DNA from: the human T2T-CHM13v2.0 reference genome, Homo sapiens
DNA length: 64,000 nucleotides
NCBI RefSeq assembly: GCF_009914755.1
Contig: NC_060925.1
Strand: one strand, 5' to 3'
Positions within the stretch are counted from its first letter, which is position 1. Each line of letters starts with the position of its first letter. Positions 1-13,309 of the stretch are shown here, one piece after another. The notes under the pieces are model-generated. The model was not told the origin of the DNA, did not search any database, and saw only the letters and a program-made list of their open reading frames with translations. The position numbers and the translations under genes are program-made.

Positions 1-2169
1 ACATATCCCAATAAGAATTATTTCAGTTCAAAAATATTCTTGAAGATGGTATTTATTTTCTTTTTGTTTGCTTTCAGGGTACCTTGAGAACGTTGGAAAG
101 CTTGTTAATTAAATCTTATTAAATAGCATGACTTAAAATGTATCTTCTCTTGTATCTCTGATTATGCCTTATCAGTGCATAGATGTATTTTAATGTTAAA
201 AATGTCATCTTACATTTAGGATTACATGTAAAGCTGAGAGTCTGAACTTTGTTGGCCATAAAAATCCCATGACTGTTTTTTGCAAGAGGGCTTTCTGCTG
301 CTCTGGCCAAAGTCATCTAAGCAATAACATCCTACTCTATATACCTCAAAGCCCTGTGTTCATTATTAAGGAGTTCTTCTTTGCTTCTTGTTCTAAATAT
401 CTGTGTAACATTGCTGAATTTATGTCAACAATTTTTTCTACATCTCATTCAGCAGTACATGAAGTGAAATGATCCATGCATTATACATATACTATGTGCA
501 ATTTTGTTCAATGCATATATTTAAAGTTATACCCCTTATTGTTAAGTGGATAATCTCTTTGGAAGTGGAACAGAATGCTATTTAAGCCATATTAGATAAT
601 ATGCTGTGCATGAATTCATCACTGATTTTATAAAATACACAAAATACATCACTTCATTGTCAAAACAATCATAAGGGCCTTTAAGTGGTCCTGAAAATTA
701 CCTGTTCTAATATGAATAGGAATGTACTCAACTAAATGAGTCCTGAAATATACTTGACATTAGCTCAGCTCAAAGTCAGGAAACAGTTCTGCATTTGTTG
801 ATTAGATGCAGATCATTTAAAAATGGTGCTGGACAGCAACATTATAAATGAGTAAGGATGGAGAAATATGGAACGCATGTATTGTAGATAAACTGAAAAC
901 AGTAAAAGTAGATATAATAATCTGATTTTTTGCAGTATCCTAAAGCAGAAAACATAATTTATTAATTTTTTAATTCAGAAAACATCCCCAATCCTTTGAA
1001 TATGTATATTTATACTAACATTTTTGCATATAAAGGACATTATAATTGATTTGTCTTATATTAAGTGACTAAGAGTAGAATTTTTAGAAAGTGGGAGGGA
1101 CATGTTGACTTTCAGCTCATGAATGGCATTTTGAGGAGGCCACTTCCCAATGCCTAGGATTTCTTTGTTCTTTTGTCACCCTCTATTAATTTGGTGTTCG
1201 CTTCATATCCCAACTCATACCCTGGATGCCTTCATGGTGCATTTTCTTACAGCTCATGGATCTCACTATCCTCTTTGGACACAGAAAATTTACTGTCTTC
1301 ATGTATCTGTACTACTTGGCTCTTCTCAGATGCTGGTTTAGCTTTCTTTTAACTTTCCATAGCTTGCTGTTTTTTAAGTTTTCAACTGTGGTAGAGCCTC
1401 TGATTTATATATTTCTTAGCTTCTTCTATAATGCCTTGAAAATATTGATTAGTTTATAATGCAGCTCAGGGGGTTCTTGTTTTAGCTTTTCATATATTTA
1501 TTCATGTATAACTATCAATATAAAGTTAAGAACAATATATTTTTAAAAAGAACAAAGAAATTGGGAAAATTGCTATTAAATTATGTGTAGGCAGTGTTTA
1601 GACCCCAGAAGGCAGCAGTAAATATTCCTCTCATTATCAAGGAACCACTTTGAGTAAAGAAAAACTACAAGTAGCAGAAATCTGTAAGTGGAAAGGAAAA
1701 AGGAAGTGAGAGGCTGGATATTGATCTTGCCAAATGAAGCAGTGAAAGAAAATATTACATTGTGAATTTTTTTCCATTATTTTCTTAAGTACAACCCAGC
1801 AAGTCAGATTAAGAGAACAATGGTTGAGATGCTGGAAATAAATCCAACCCATCTGATAAATCACTAGGAAATGGGAAATAATAAAATTACTGAAAAGAGA
1901 AAAGAGTTCCTTAGAGTTTCAGACATTAGTTTTTTAAAAATAAAAAATGGTTTCTGAAGCACAAAAAAATTGTTTATTTTTGTATAATACATGTTGCCTT
2001 ACTGTTTTTTAAAAAATAAGTTATATATGAAAAATTGTATCAGTTTTCTGTATCAACTTTACTTGATTAAAGTGAATAAACCATTTTGGTTACATAGGAA
2101 ACTGAAAATTGTTTCCGTTGATTAATCAGTGTCGTCACTGATCTTTAGCGTGGTCTTTAGCTATAGCAT

Positions 2170-2950
2170 TGAGGCTCCGTGATGTAGTGATAAAGCAAGA
2201 AATAAAGAATCTGAAGGCCTAGGTTTAATCTTCTTTCTTTTTATTTTCCTCCTCCTTCCTCCTATATTCAAACACTTACTGGAAATCTGAATGTGTACTG
2301 AGGCAGTTAATCCCCTCAAGGTGCTGACAGTCAAGTGAGGTATGATTAAAGCAATCAGGCAATCATAGTATCATATGGTAGATGCTGGCTATCATGCTGC
2401 TGGCACTTAGTATTGTGGTAGCCCTTAAAGAGGCTGGGCCACTTTGGCTAATCACTTAAGCTTCTATTGTCTATATAATTATGTCTATCCTACCTACCCT
2501 ATGAGGTGGTTATAAGGCTTCAAGTGGATCAGCATGTGTTTTAGAGTATTGTGAATTATAAAAGTTCTTGCAAATATAGGTAGTGATATGTAATAACCTT
2601 TTTGGTACAAGATGTGAATACCTTGTGAACTTGATATATAGAACTTAAAAAGAAATCAGTATGAATAAATAACTTTTGTTTTAACCAATTTGAAATCCAG
2701 AACTTTCACATACTTTTTGAAATCTCCCTTGGTTCTTTCTGGAAAAAAAGTCTGTATCAATTAGTGCTGTTACGCTACCTTTTCCACACTTTTATTTCTG
2801 CCCTTACTACATAGTACTATAGTTGTGTATCTACACTTTTATCTCACTAGACTGGTGAGACTTTGAGGACAGGGTCCATGTTCATTCATCTTTATATTAC
2901 TAGTGGCAACTGCAAATAGTAGGTGTTCAACGTATTTTTGTTAAATAGAT
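2170..2950. mobile_element. Decayed MIR and L2 fragments
   Basis: MIR-like core pieces (2440-2530) and an L2-like 3' end (ctagactggtgagactttgaggacaggg...gtaggtgttcaac, about 2847-2945). Boundaries approximate. Confidence 0.5.
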
Positions 2951-3046
2951 TTGAGAGGCAATTTTCTAGCGAAGTTGCTTTGTATGGTTGATTATAGTAT
3001 TTACAAGGCAAGAGGGATATTCAGTCTATTAAAAAATATCCACCCA

Positions 3047-3428
3047 GCCAGCCTGGGCAACATAGTGAGACCCTGTCTCCAAAAAATATGAAAAAAATTA
3101 GCCAGGCATGGTGGCTTATACCTGTGGTGGCAGCTACTTGGGAGGCTGAGGCAGGAGGATTGCTTGAGCATTGGGAGGTCGAGGCCGCAGTGAGCTGTGA
3201 TCATGCCATTGCACTGCAGCCTGGGCAACATAATGAGACCCTGTCTCAACAAAAAATAAAAAAATTGGCTGGGCATGGTAGCTCATACCTGTGGTCCCAG
3301 CTACTTGGGAGGCCGAGGCAGGAGGATCACTTGATCCTTGGGAGGTCAAGGCCGCAGTAAGCTATGACAGTGCCACTGCACTCCAGCCTGAGTGACAGAG
3401 CAAGAGCCTGTCTTAAAAAAAAAAAAAA
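3047..3428 (+). mobile_element. 5'-truncated AluJ-type element with internal ~168-bp duplication
   Basis: End of left arm, then two successive right-arm units and poly(A). Candidate TSD aaaaatatc at 3032-3040 and 3433-3441. Confidence 0.88.
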
Positions 3429-5868
3429 CTTTAAAAATATCTAGGCATGTGACAACAAAGCATGCTGGGTACTGTGTGCATCAAATTAAAATTCTGGACT
3501 CCAAAGAAGCTCATCCTGCCCATAGTTCAGAGGAAAGGAGAAGGATGTTAGTCTTCTCCTTTCACAGAATGGAGATATTGGAAAACAGGGAAAGTTAGCG
3601 AGCTGCATAGGTCACTCAGCATAAAATACGTTAGCAGTTATCTTCACCTCTTTCTTCACTACCAAAGTTTTTCAATTTCATTGTCTCTGGACCTCAAGTT
3701 TTCTTGTCTGTAGGATAAGGGGATTGAACCAAACAATCTTTAATGCCCTTTCTAGCTCTATACTTATATTTGAGATTGATGGTTATTTTCTTTTTTATGG
3801 GTGAGTTTTCTTTGTAAACAACTAGATAAAATAAACTGAATAACGTAGGAATGATCTCTGCATTTTGTTAAATATGCAGCTTTATTCATCCCACTTTCTG
3901 TTATAACAATGTTATCAGGACGACAGTAAAGCAAATTAGAGAAAAGGCAAAACATTAACAAAGATAAGGTTTAAATCAGGCCTTATAGACTGACAGGTAC
4001 GTCGGCAGGAGAAAGAAAAGGGGGACAGTGATGGGAATGGTAAGGAAGTGCAATAGCTTCAAAGTTTGAAGTTTGTAGTGAGCGCCTGGATTACCTTTGA
4101 GAGTTCCCATTTAATTCTATAAGCACTGGAGACCATGTTCAGGCAGGAAGAGAGGACAAAGTTGTACCTGCTGAATGTCATCAAAGGCTTGGCAGGGGAT
4201 GAAACCAGCATGAGTGAAAAGGAAGAAAAGAGGAAATTGCTAATGACACAGCTGGCACAGGGCTCTGTTATGTGAAAAGAAAGACTGGAATGGAAGCAAG
4301 TTCTGAAAGGGAGGAGGGCTGATTTTGCCAAATAGTCATATCATTCAATTAAAATGAATTGGAAAAGATGCTTACAGCTGGAGGGATAGGGCAGCTGGGC
4401 AAGCTATTACCTCTCCTGAGTATTTCTCATAACTGATAAAGATTTATCTCAGCTGTCCAGTTGTGGCTTGCAAAAATGTTTATTAATGAGCTTTAAGAAA
4501 GATTTCCTATCTTTGTTGAAAACAGGTGTATATTTGAGAGTGTCTGGTTAATTGAAATGAAGGCTTATCGGTCCTCTTATTTTAATAGCATCCCTTGATC
4601 CCCACTCTTGAAGAGCAGGCATATATTCAGAGATATTTTTTATTACTATAGGGAATGTCCTTGCATGTTTACACTCTTTATTATGATATAATTGTTTTTT
4701 TCTAGTATTCTTTGTATTTCTTTCTACTTCTTGAGTTTTAAATTCTTGGATTATTTCAGTATTATGCAATGTGGGAACATAGAAGCTTGGCTTGACAATG
4801 CTACTGACAATTTATATGTCAGGGTGTAACTGCCTGGCATATTCTTTGCTGTTTTGCATTCCTTTGCAAAGTATGCCTTTGTTTAGTCTTGAGGGAGTAG
4901 GCTTCTCCCATTTTCCATATACTTGGGACATGGTTAATGACGGTTCTGCTTTGTATGGAATGCAGATGTTTGCATTTTCACAGTTTCTCCAATTGCTTCT
5001 CCACTCCTTTTTCAAACTGCAAAGTGTCTAATCTATAGTGAAGGATTGAAGCATTTTTTCCTGTTATTTCTAAGAAAAAGTACATGGGTTATGGCAGACA
5101 AATTGTACCTCCTTTCCAATTTGTCTCATTTATTTTTAAAATACTACAGTCTGTTTTTGTACCATATGTAGCTTGTTATGGAAGGTTTGGCTAATTAATT
5201 ATTATTCTTTGGAGTTATAAGCTCTTTTTGAGCAGTATGTCTTTAAAGCTAGAAAACATTTTGTAAAAGCTAAATGTTAAGTATCTTTATAATTTTGCAT
5301 TGTAGTTGCACGTTATAGTTTCGAATGAGTCTATATCATCATTACATAAGATAAGAAGCTTTTCATCCACCATGAGAATTTAAGATGATATATCTAAGCA
5401 CATGGTACCCAGATGAATTTTAATACCATTCCTTAAATACATGGATTCTCTCTGGGGAAATAATTGATACCCATAAATGGCCACTTTTAGTTTATCTATT
5501 TTAAGAGTTGATTTATTTTTTAAAGAGAAGAAGCTCTGGGGATTGAAATATTTACTATAGACATGCTGGATCCAACCAAAAATACAAATATATATGTATA
5601 TACAGATTTCCAAGTTAACCCATGATATCTGGGATCCTTTTATTCACCTGACTTATGATCTAAGTCTTGGCTCTCCAGGGAAGGCAGTGGCCCCACCTTT
5701 TCCTGTTGGAAGAAGTGATTTTGTGTAGTACATCTGGGCGGTTGTGAGGATGGCCACAGCCCTGAAGGTAGTTATGGTCAAAGCCAGCTTAGGAGAATGG
5801 CGATAGCCAGGCTCAGCCACCCCAGCCATGAGAAAAAAAGTTATAGGGACTATTTCCTGCACTGTTAA

Positions 5869-6204
<336 letters not shown>

Positions 6205-6709
6205 ACATCTCTAAATTCTTAAAAACCTATGGGATAGGCAGTGAATGTTCACTTTTTTCTATTTTGTTTAGCACCAAACTTTTTATTTTGAATGAGTTAA
6301 GACTTACAGAAAAGTTGCAAACAAATTTACACTTTAAAGTTGGGCAGACTGAATTATAGACGAATAAGTGATTCATCTAAATTCTAACAAAGTGGTGCTT
6401 AATAAATATTTACTGACGAGAATAAGAAAGAACTGGAACTGTGCTCTCCTGATTCTTTGTCCTGTGACTATTTTACTCCTCCTTGCATTTCTTATGGTTA
6501 AAAATTCACTCTTTTAGATATGCATACTTTACAGTAAATTATAAGTTATTCTCTGGTAGCTACAAATTGAGAAAGAGTGTTTGGTATTTTACTATTTCTT
6601 ATTAATAAGTAACCATGTACTGCAAGGTGAAAAGACATCTATAAACACAAGAAAGTCTTTAATGCCATTGATTACTGTTTATTGACCTATGTTATTTTTA
6701 TCTTCACAG

Positions 6710-6780
6710 AAATTGGCCCAGTGACAATTACCACAGATCCCAAGAAATTTCAATATGAACTCAGAGAACTGTATGTTCAG
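6710..6780 (+). CDS. HMCN1: Hemicentin-1 coding exon (inferred exon 2; 71 nt, phase 1 to 0), vWA domain
   Basis: Acceptor ttttatcttcacAG| and donor CAG|GTGAGT. Translates (E)IGPVTITTDPKKFQYELRELYVQ, matching the hemicentin-1 N-terminal vWA sequence as I recall it, and joins in frame to the next exon. Confidence 0.96.
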
Positions 6781-6989
6781 GTGAGTGCTTGCTTTCAGTG
6801 TTCTCTTGGGGGAATGGAAAATCATGAGCCTTTGGCTGATTTTCTTTATTTTTTAAATCTAAAAGACATAGTTGTTGGCTTTTTAAGGGACCCAATAATT
6901 GCCACATCCCCCAGCCCTCAACCTGAGTCTGGAATGAATTGAACAATACATACAGAAATAGGACAGATGGGGTTTGAAATATCACCAGT

Positions 6990-7082
6990 TAGTTACTACC
7001 TATGGCTGGTTTACACTATCACGGCAGAGTTGAGTAGTTGTGGCAGATTGGTCCCTTTAAGGAAAAAGTTTGCTGACCCCTG
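6990..7082. mobile_element. MER58-like hAT-Charlie fragment
   Basis: ggcagagttgagtagttg...aaaaagtttgctgacccctg resembles the MER58 terminus. Confidence 0.6.
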
Positions 7083-7339
7083 CTCTACATAAGTCTTTTT
7101 GCTTAGAAATATAAGGAACGGTTAATAATTCTTTTCCCATAAAATTAATGGCATAACTAAGGTAATTTTGATATTCTATGCTGCTATAAGTCAGCCATAT
7201 GAAATGTTTGACTGTACATATAACTTGGTTATTAGAGAAGATGAATCACATTGGTTTAAATGTTATTCTGAAAACAGAACTTAGAGGTAAAGTTGCAATG
7301 CATCTTCTTCTGGTGCTGAATTTATTCATTTAAAAAATT

Positions 7340-10208
7340 GGCTTTTCCGAGGCTGTTTCACTGTACTACCTTCTATGGTCTCTGCCTCTGTTATACTCAG
7401 ACTTTTTGGCCACTTTCCATCATTCATTTTGGCGATCGGTACCTGCCTCATTGGCTGCCTTTCCTCCCCAGGACTGCCATTATTCTGAGTGACTTCAACA
7501 TTTATGAGAATGACCTAGTCAGAATAGTCCCTTTTCAGTTCCTTGACCTACAAGTTATCTTCAATGACCTTTTCTTTACTCTCTCTTAGTCATCTATTTC
7601 CACAAACATCCCCTAGATCTTGTTATCATCTGTTTCCTCTCTTAGATAATTCAGACATCTTAATCAACAATTACCTGTGCACTGAGCGGGTTGGTGCAAC
7701 TTTTTACACTACAACCACTCCCTTACCCTCAGCAAGCACTCCAGTCCACTGACCCCTACACTGTCTCCCAGGCCATCAGATTTCTTATTTTTCACTTCTT
7801 CTAATCTAGCTTAGAGTTTTTTTTTTATCATTTGAACACTGCTTTTTCTCCTTTGTCCATTGCCTTTCTGTTCAAAAGGCATAACCTCATTCCTGAATGA
7901 CCTCAACTGTCTGCATTATTCATGCTTATCCACGAGTGGCCAAATGTGGTTGAAATTTCACAACATGACACTTTGAGTCTCTGGTGAATTCATAGCCACC
8001 TAACTCAAATGGACTCTTAATACTCCCATGATGTTACTATGTTTGTTTGATCAATAAAATCTTCCTTTCTTCTCAATGACAATTCCAAATCTTATTCACT
8101 CTCTTTTAACCTATATCTCACCACCCTTTTACTACTGGTTATTTCAGCAGATGATCTACTCAGAGCAAGTGACCTCATTTTCACACACAGTCACAAACAA
8201 ATGAAGCCCTCTGCTTCCTCATATGTAACATATAATCCATTTCCATCCAGCACCTATCCTATCCTTATTCACTTGATCTCAATTCCTTGGCTTTCTTGGG
8301 ATTTTAACACTATCAAACTGTTTCTCTCAACTGTTAAAGAGTTCCTATTGAGGCTGGGCACAGTAGCTCACGCCTGTAATCCCAGTGCTGCTTTGGGAGG
8401 CAAAGGCAGGAGGATCATTTGAGGCCAGGAGTTTGAGACCAGCCTGGGCGCATAGTGAGACCCTGTCTCTAAAAGAGAAAAAAAAATTCAGCCAGGCATG
8501 GTGGTGCATGCCTGTAGTCCCAGCTACTTGGAAAGGTGAGGGTGGAGGATCACTTGAGCCCAGGAGTTCGAGGCTACAATGAGCTATTATGATACTACTA
8601 CACTACAGTGTGGGTGACAGGATGAGACCCTGTCTCCAAAAGAAAGCAAAAAAAAAAGTTTTCATTGTTTTTTAAATATGTATGTTCAAGTCTCAAAAAC
8701 ATACAAACAAATCCCAACAAACAAAACCATAAAAAACAAAACAAAATAAACAACAAAAAATTTCAGTATTTTTCTCAAGTTCTCTTACAAATAATTTCTA
8801 TTCTCTCAATTCCCTCAATGCCAACCGCATTGTCTATGTTCACTGCTATCATTTCCTTACTCCCATTTCTGCCATTCACTCTTCAATCTATTTCAATCTA
8901 GTTCCCATTCCTCCCACTGTATCAAAGTAGCATTAGCTAGTGACCAGTGATATCCATTTTGCTAAATGCAATGGAAATGCTCCAGTCCTCATCATACTGA
9001 ATAGACATCTCTGTAGTCTTTGACAACATTGGACTCTCCCTCCTGCTTGACACACTTTGTTCCCTCATCCATGTTTCATTTTTTAATCTCATTTTTCCTA
9101 CTCAACTTCTTAGGAAACTTCATTTCCTTCCACTTGGCCATTGAGTATTGGTGTTCCTCAAGGTTTTGAAACTGGCTCCTTTTTGTTTTCTCATTTTCTA
9201 TCCTCTCCTTAGGTAAAATCATCCATACCATGTAAATATGCTTTAGCCTTGACCTCTTTCCTGAGGAACAGACCCTCTTTTCAGTCCTTGGATGTCACAA
9301 TGGCCTTCTAAAATGAAATTCATGAATGTTCTTTTTCCAGTACCCTAAATGTGGTCCTTAATCCTTGGCTTTTGTCTCCTCCTTGTTACCTTTGTGAATG
9401 ATGTTATAGTATTCTGGTTACCCAGCCAAATATCTGGATACTTCCTTAATACACCCTGCACTTTTACCCCTTATAGTCAGTCCAACTGTTAGTAAGTGTT
9501 GTTTGTAACTTTCTAAATACCTTTTAAATCAATTGACTCCTCTCCATTTCTTTTGACACCATCTGAGTCCCAATTACCATATCTTTAGTCTAAACAAATG
9601 CAGAAAATCTTCTAAGGGATTTTCTTGCATTTATTCTTGCTTCTATTTTCCAGGCCTAGCTTCTCTACTCTGCAGACAAAGGGATCTCAGAATACAGCTC
9701 TGAAAGTTTCTGCCTTGTACCATATCTACTTGACTCTTTACCCACACCTCATCAAATTCTTCCTATGGTTCTGGGTTCTGAGTGATCTAAGACCTTCCTA
9801 CCTTTCATTCCCATCTAGTGCCACTCTTTCTCCTAGGCTCTGTACTCTGCTGCAGAGGCCTTGCATAGAGCTTCCCCATATCTGTATCCCCACCCATCTC
9901 CTCAGGGCATTTTTGCACATGCTGTTCTCGCACAGAGAGTTCCTGTCTTTCAGTCTGCCCTCATTTCCACACTCCCTTAACCTAGTTTAAAATCCTGTAT
10001 TCAAAGTCTCATCTTAAATAATACCACTTCCTCAGAGAATCCTGCCCTATTTTCTTGGCTGGGTCATTTCTCACTACCTTTCTCTGTCATAAAGCAGTTG
10101 GGAGTTCACATTGAAGGACTGCGTATAATTTAGCTTATTAAATACCCCAGTAAAAGGACTGGCATATAGAACATGTTCACTTTTTAATAAATGAATGAAT
10201 GAATGAAT
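7340..10208 (+). mobile_element. Long decayed L2 LINE, interrupted by an AluJ
   Basis: Endonuclease relic IILSDFN (~7478-7498). RT relics resembling TNDLHLAK...DLSAAFDT (~8940-9050) and GVPQG (9150-9164). L2-type (TGAA)n 3' tail at ~10190-10208. Confidence 0.75.
8352..8657 (+). mobile_element. AluJ, full length
   Basis: Dimeric Alu with J-type features (gaggccaggagtttgagaccagcctggg; gagcccaggagttcgaggctac) and an A-rich tail. Confidence 0.93.
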
Positions 10209-13200
10209 ATACCAGAATATGCAGATTAACAGAGTCCAAATCAGAGTTTGAAGTATAATACTGTCATCGATTCACTGTTGGATAAATGACTTAATTCGGA
10301 TCTGCACATAGTAATGAGCATAATTGAGGCATAGGGTATGAAACTGGAAGTTTGGCATTCCAAATGTGTATTCAAGGGTGATTCTATTTTGTCCATGTCT
10401 CCATTTGTAAATTATATACTAAATTGAATTGTATTTGATAAATATTTAAATAGATTTATATAATTATCTCTTGATTATTTTTCTCTGTTACTGGATTTTT
10501 TTTGACATTTTTTTTCACCAACAGTCTTCCATTTCCTTTCTCTTATACCACGGCATTTTTTCAGTCATTATTTTGCTACTTATTTACTATTTGCTTTTCT
10601 CTGCCTCAATATAGCAAAAATTCTTTGCCACTTTGGATGTCCAAATTCTCTGAAAAAAAATTTCCTTAGAAACTTATATTATATTCATGGATCTTGGAAA
10701 TTAGAAACTGCATTGTTCTGGTTGTTTAAATGCTTTCATGTACCCTTATTGCACTGAGTTCCTGAGGACAAGAGCCCTGTAGCTCGTATTAACCTGTGCT
10801 TCATCTGGAAGATAAACCAGTGTCTGCAGTAGAGTAGACTTTCAATAGCTGTTGAATAAATGAGTGCCATTTGAGGTGGCTTCTTTTAAAAATGTACATT
10901 TAACAGTAAAACTGTATCAAATATTATTTAAACTTTACTTGATGGTACAGAAAATACCCGAAAAACCTAACCATCAGTTTTTATTGCCTTATAGAGAATC
11001 AGAAGGGCCAAGTAATGGGAATTTCTAGCAGATAGAATGTTAGGAAGGCATTTATTGTATTCATTTTTTTTTCCTCCGTGACAATACACTCTTATATTCT
11101 TGAAAATCTGGCCAGAATGAAAATACCTACCTTGTCAATGAGACCTGGCACAGGCTTCCTGATTGTCTGCCTGTCCCCTTCTTTTGTTCTGAAGGATCTA
11201 TAGGGAGTGCCCTGATCCTCCTTGCTCTGTTTGACTCCAGGGTGAAGGATCCTGATTCCTGACTCATACTCCATGACTGCCTCTGCAGAGGCCTCCCTCC
11301 ACCCTCTGGAATTGAATCTGATACAGACACTCTATAAGATTATATAATTTTACCTTTGTTCAGAAAAATAATTTTTCTTTCTTTCTCCCATGCAGTAAAA
11401 GCTGGGGTCTATTTCTCTGTAGGTTTCCCCTGGACAGGCTTTATCTTATGGGATTTTCTTTTTTTTTTCTCCCCTTTTCTGCACTTTCATAGGATCCAAA
11501 AGGATGCTTAATTAGAACAACCAGCAAGGGAAAAAAATCAAATACTTACTTTTTCCCTTCATTCAACATTAAGCATTGTTACAGGCATTGGGAATACCAC
11601 AGAAGTGTTTTTACTTTCAAAGTTTCTAGTGAATTATTCTGTCTTAAATCAGTGACAAAAAATTTAAAGGTTAAACATGAAAAGTCTAGTCTACATCATC
11701 ACTTAACACTAAACTAAAGGATATATTTTGTTCAGTGTTTACTTATAGAATACTTTATTATTTCATTAATCAGTTTGAGATATCTCACAAATTTCTTAAA
11801 ATTTTAGTATGAGATATAAAATTTTGTTTTATGTATGATTTTCAAACCCTTCTCCAGTTCCCTTTCTGCCATTTTTAGTAACTCCCACAAAATCACTGAT
11901 ATCAAAAGAAGCAAGTATTGTTATCCTATTAAACTAACTTGAACTTTAAAAAAAGAAAACCTTTAAAAATATTCCTTTCATATTTAAATTGGTTTTGAAA
12001 ACAATGAGAAGTAAATTCAGTTTGAAGTGCATTAATCATCCATTAACATTAGAGCAGGCTTGGCTATTTTTCTTCTAGAGATATGGAATTAACGTGAGAA
12101 AAAGCAATCTAAAATTTTCCAGGAAAAAATTAGCAAAAAATTATTACACTTAATTTATTAAATTTGTACCATTAATTTCACTTTCCTTTATCCTCTTTCA
12201 TCTGGAATACAGAGAAGTAACTTGAAAACAACTGTGCTTTCTCTCTGGGGAAAAGAAGGAAAGACAAATGACAACAAATGGTATTCAAATCACACAGAGC
12301 TTTGGAAATTAATATCCTCGTAAATATGCAGTGCAAAGCCTTGCTTTGGGACACATTCTTTATAAGAAACTATAAAGCTTGTTGATTTTTAGAAAATGGT
12401 ATTGGCAGTGATATGCTTTCAAGCCTTTTATCCAAATGTTTTAAAGAACAGAAAGTATATTAGTCAAACATTCAAAGTGTAAACACACACCCCCCCCAAC
12501 ACACAGACATACACACAACCCCTCAAAACACCAAGTTATTTCTACAATAATGAGATTACAATGCCAACTTTTGTATAAATTGTTGATCCCCCAAATCAAA
12601 AGCTTTACATATAATTTAAGTTTCCTTAGTAAAGTCTTTTAATAAAATTGACTTTTTAAAAAAGTAGGAATATGATTAAAAATATCTGGAAAAGCATTGT
12701 CACATAGCAACATGATAGAGTTATGAAGATGATAGGGTGAGGTCCAGGAGAATAAATGGGTTTAAACTTCGGCAGGTTAAGGTTAGGGGAAAAAGAATGT
12801 TTTCTATAGAAGAACAGTTGATAGAATTAACTGTCTAAGGAGAATATGAAATACCCTCAGATAGGCAAAGACTGCTAAAAAGAGGAGAACAAGATAATGA
12901 TGATTTTAGAAGAATAATTTACTATGCCAATTTGGTGTATACACTTTATCTAATTTCTAGTTTTTAAAAAAATGCTATTGTATAAAACTGTAACTTTAAT
13001 TTCTAGATATATAGAGAATTCTTCCATATGAATTTTAAAAAAACATATATGGCTAGACAAATGAAGAAAGCAAATACATTTTAAAAATAAACCAAAAAAG
13101 GAAAGAAAAGGCATTATATGTCATCATGGACATAGATATAATGTAGAGCTATCAGAGGTTTGATTTTCATTTTTGGACATGATTAGACATGATTCAACTT

Positions 13201-13259
13201 AGAAAAGCAGTTTTAATTTCCATTTAAGTTTTCATAATATGCATTTGCTTACAAATATC

Positions 13260-13261
<2 letters not shown>

Positions 13262-13307
<46 letters not shown>
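13262..13307. repeat. (AC)23 microsatellite
   Basis: Perfect dinucleotide run. Confidence 0.98.

Positions 13308-13309
<2 letters not shown>

Noticed and set aside
3001-3360. Alu-derived ORFs (also 5920-6144, 8385-8582, 28507-28869, 31668-31853, 56612-56833)
   Set aside because: Typical spurious Alu translations with no supporting gene structure.
6682-6942. 86-aa ORF as a standalone gene
   Set aside because: It is the 71-nt HMCN1 exon plus intronic read-through on both sides, with strong splice sites inside it.
9625-9990. 121-aa ORF
   Set aside because: Non-ATG start, L/S/P/F-rich, and inside a pyrimidine-rich L2 relic, so a compositional artefact.
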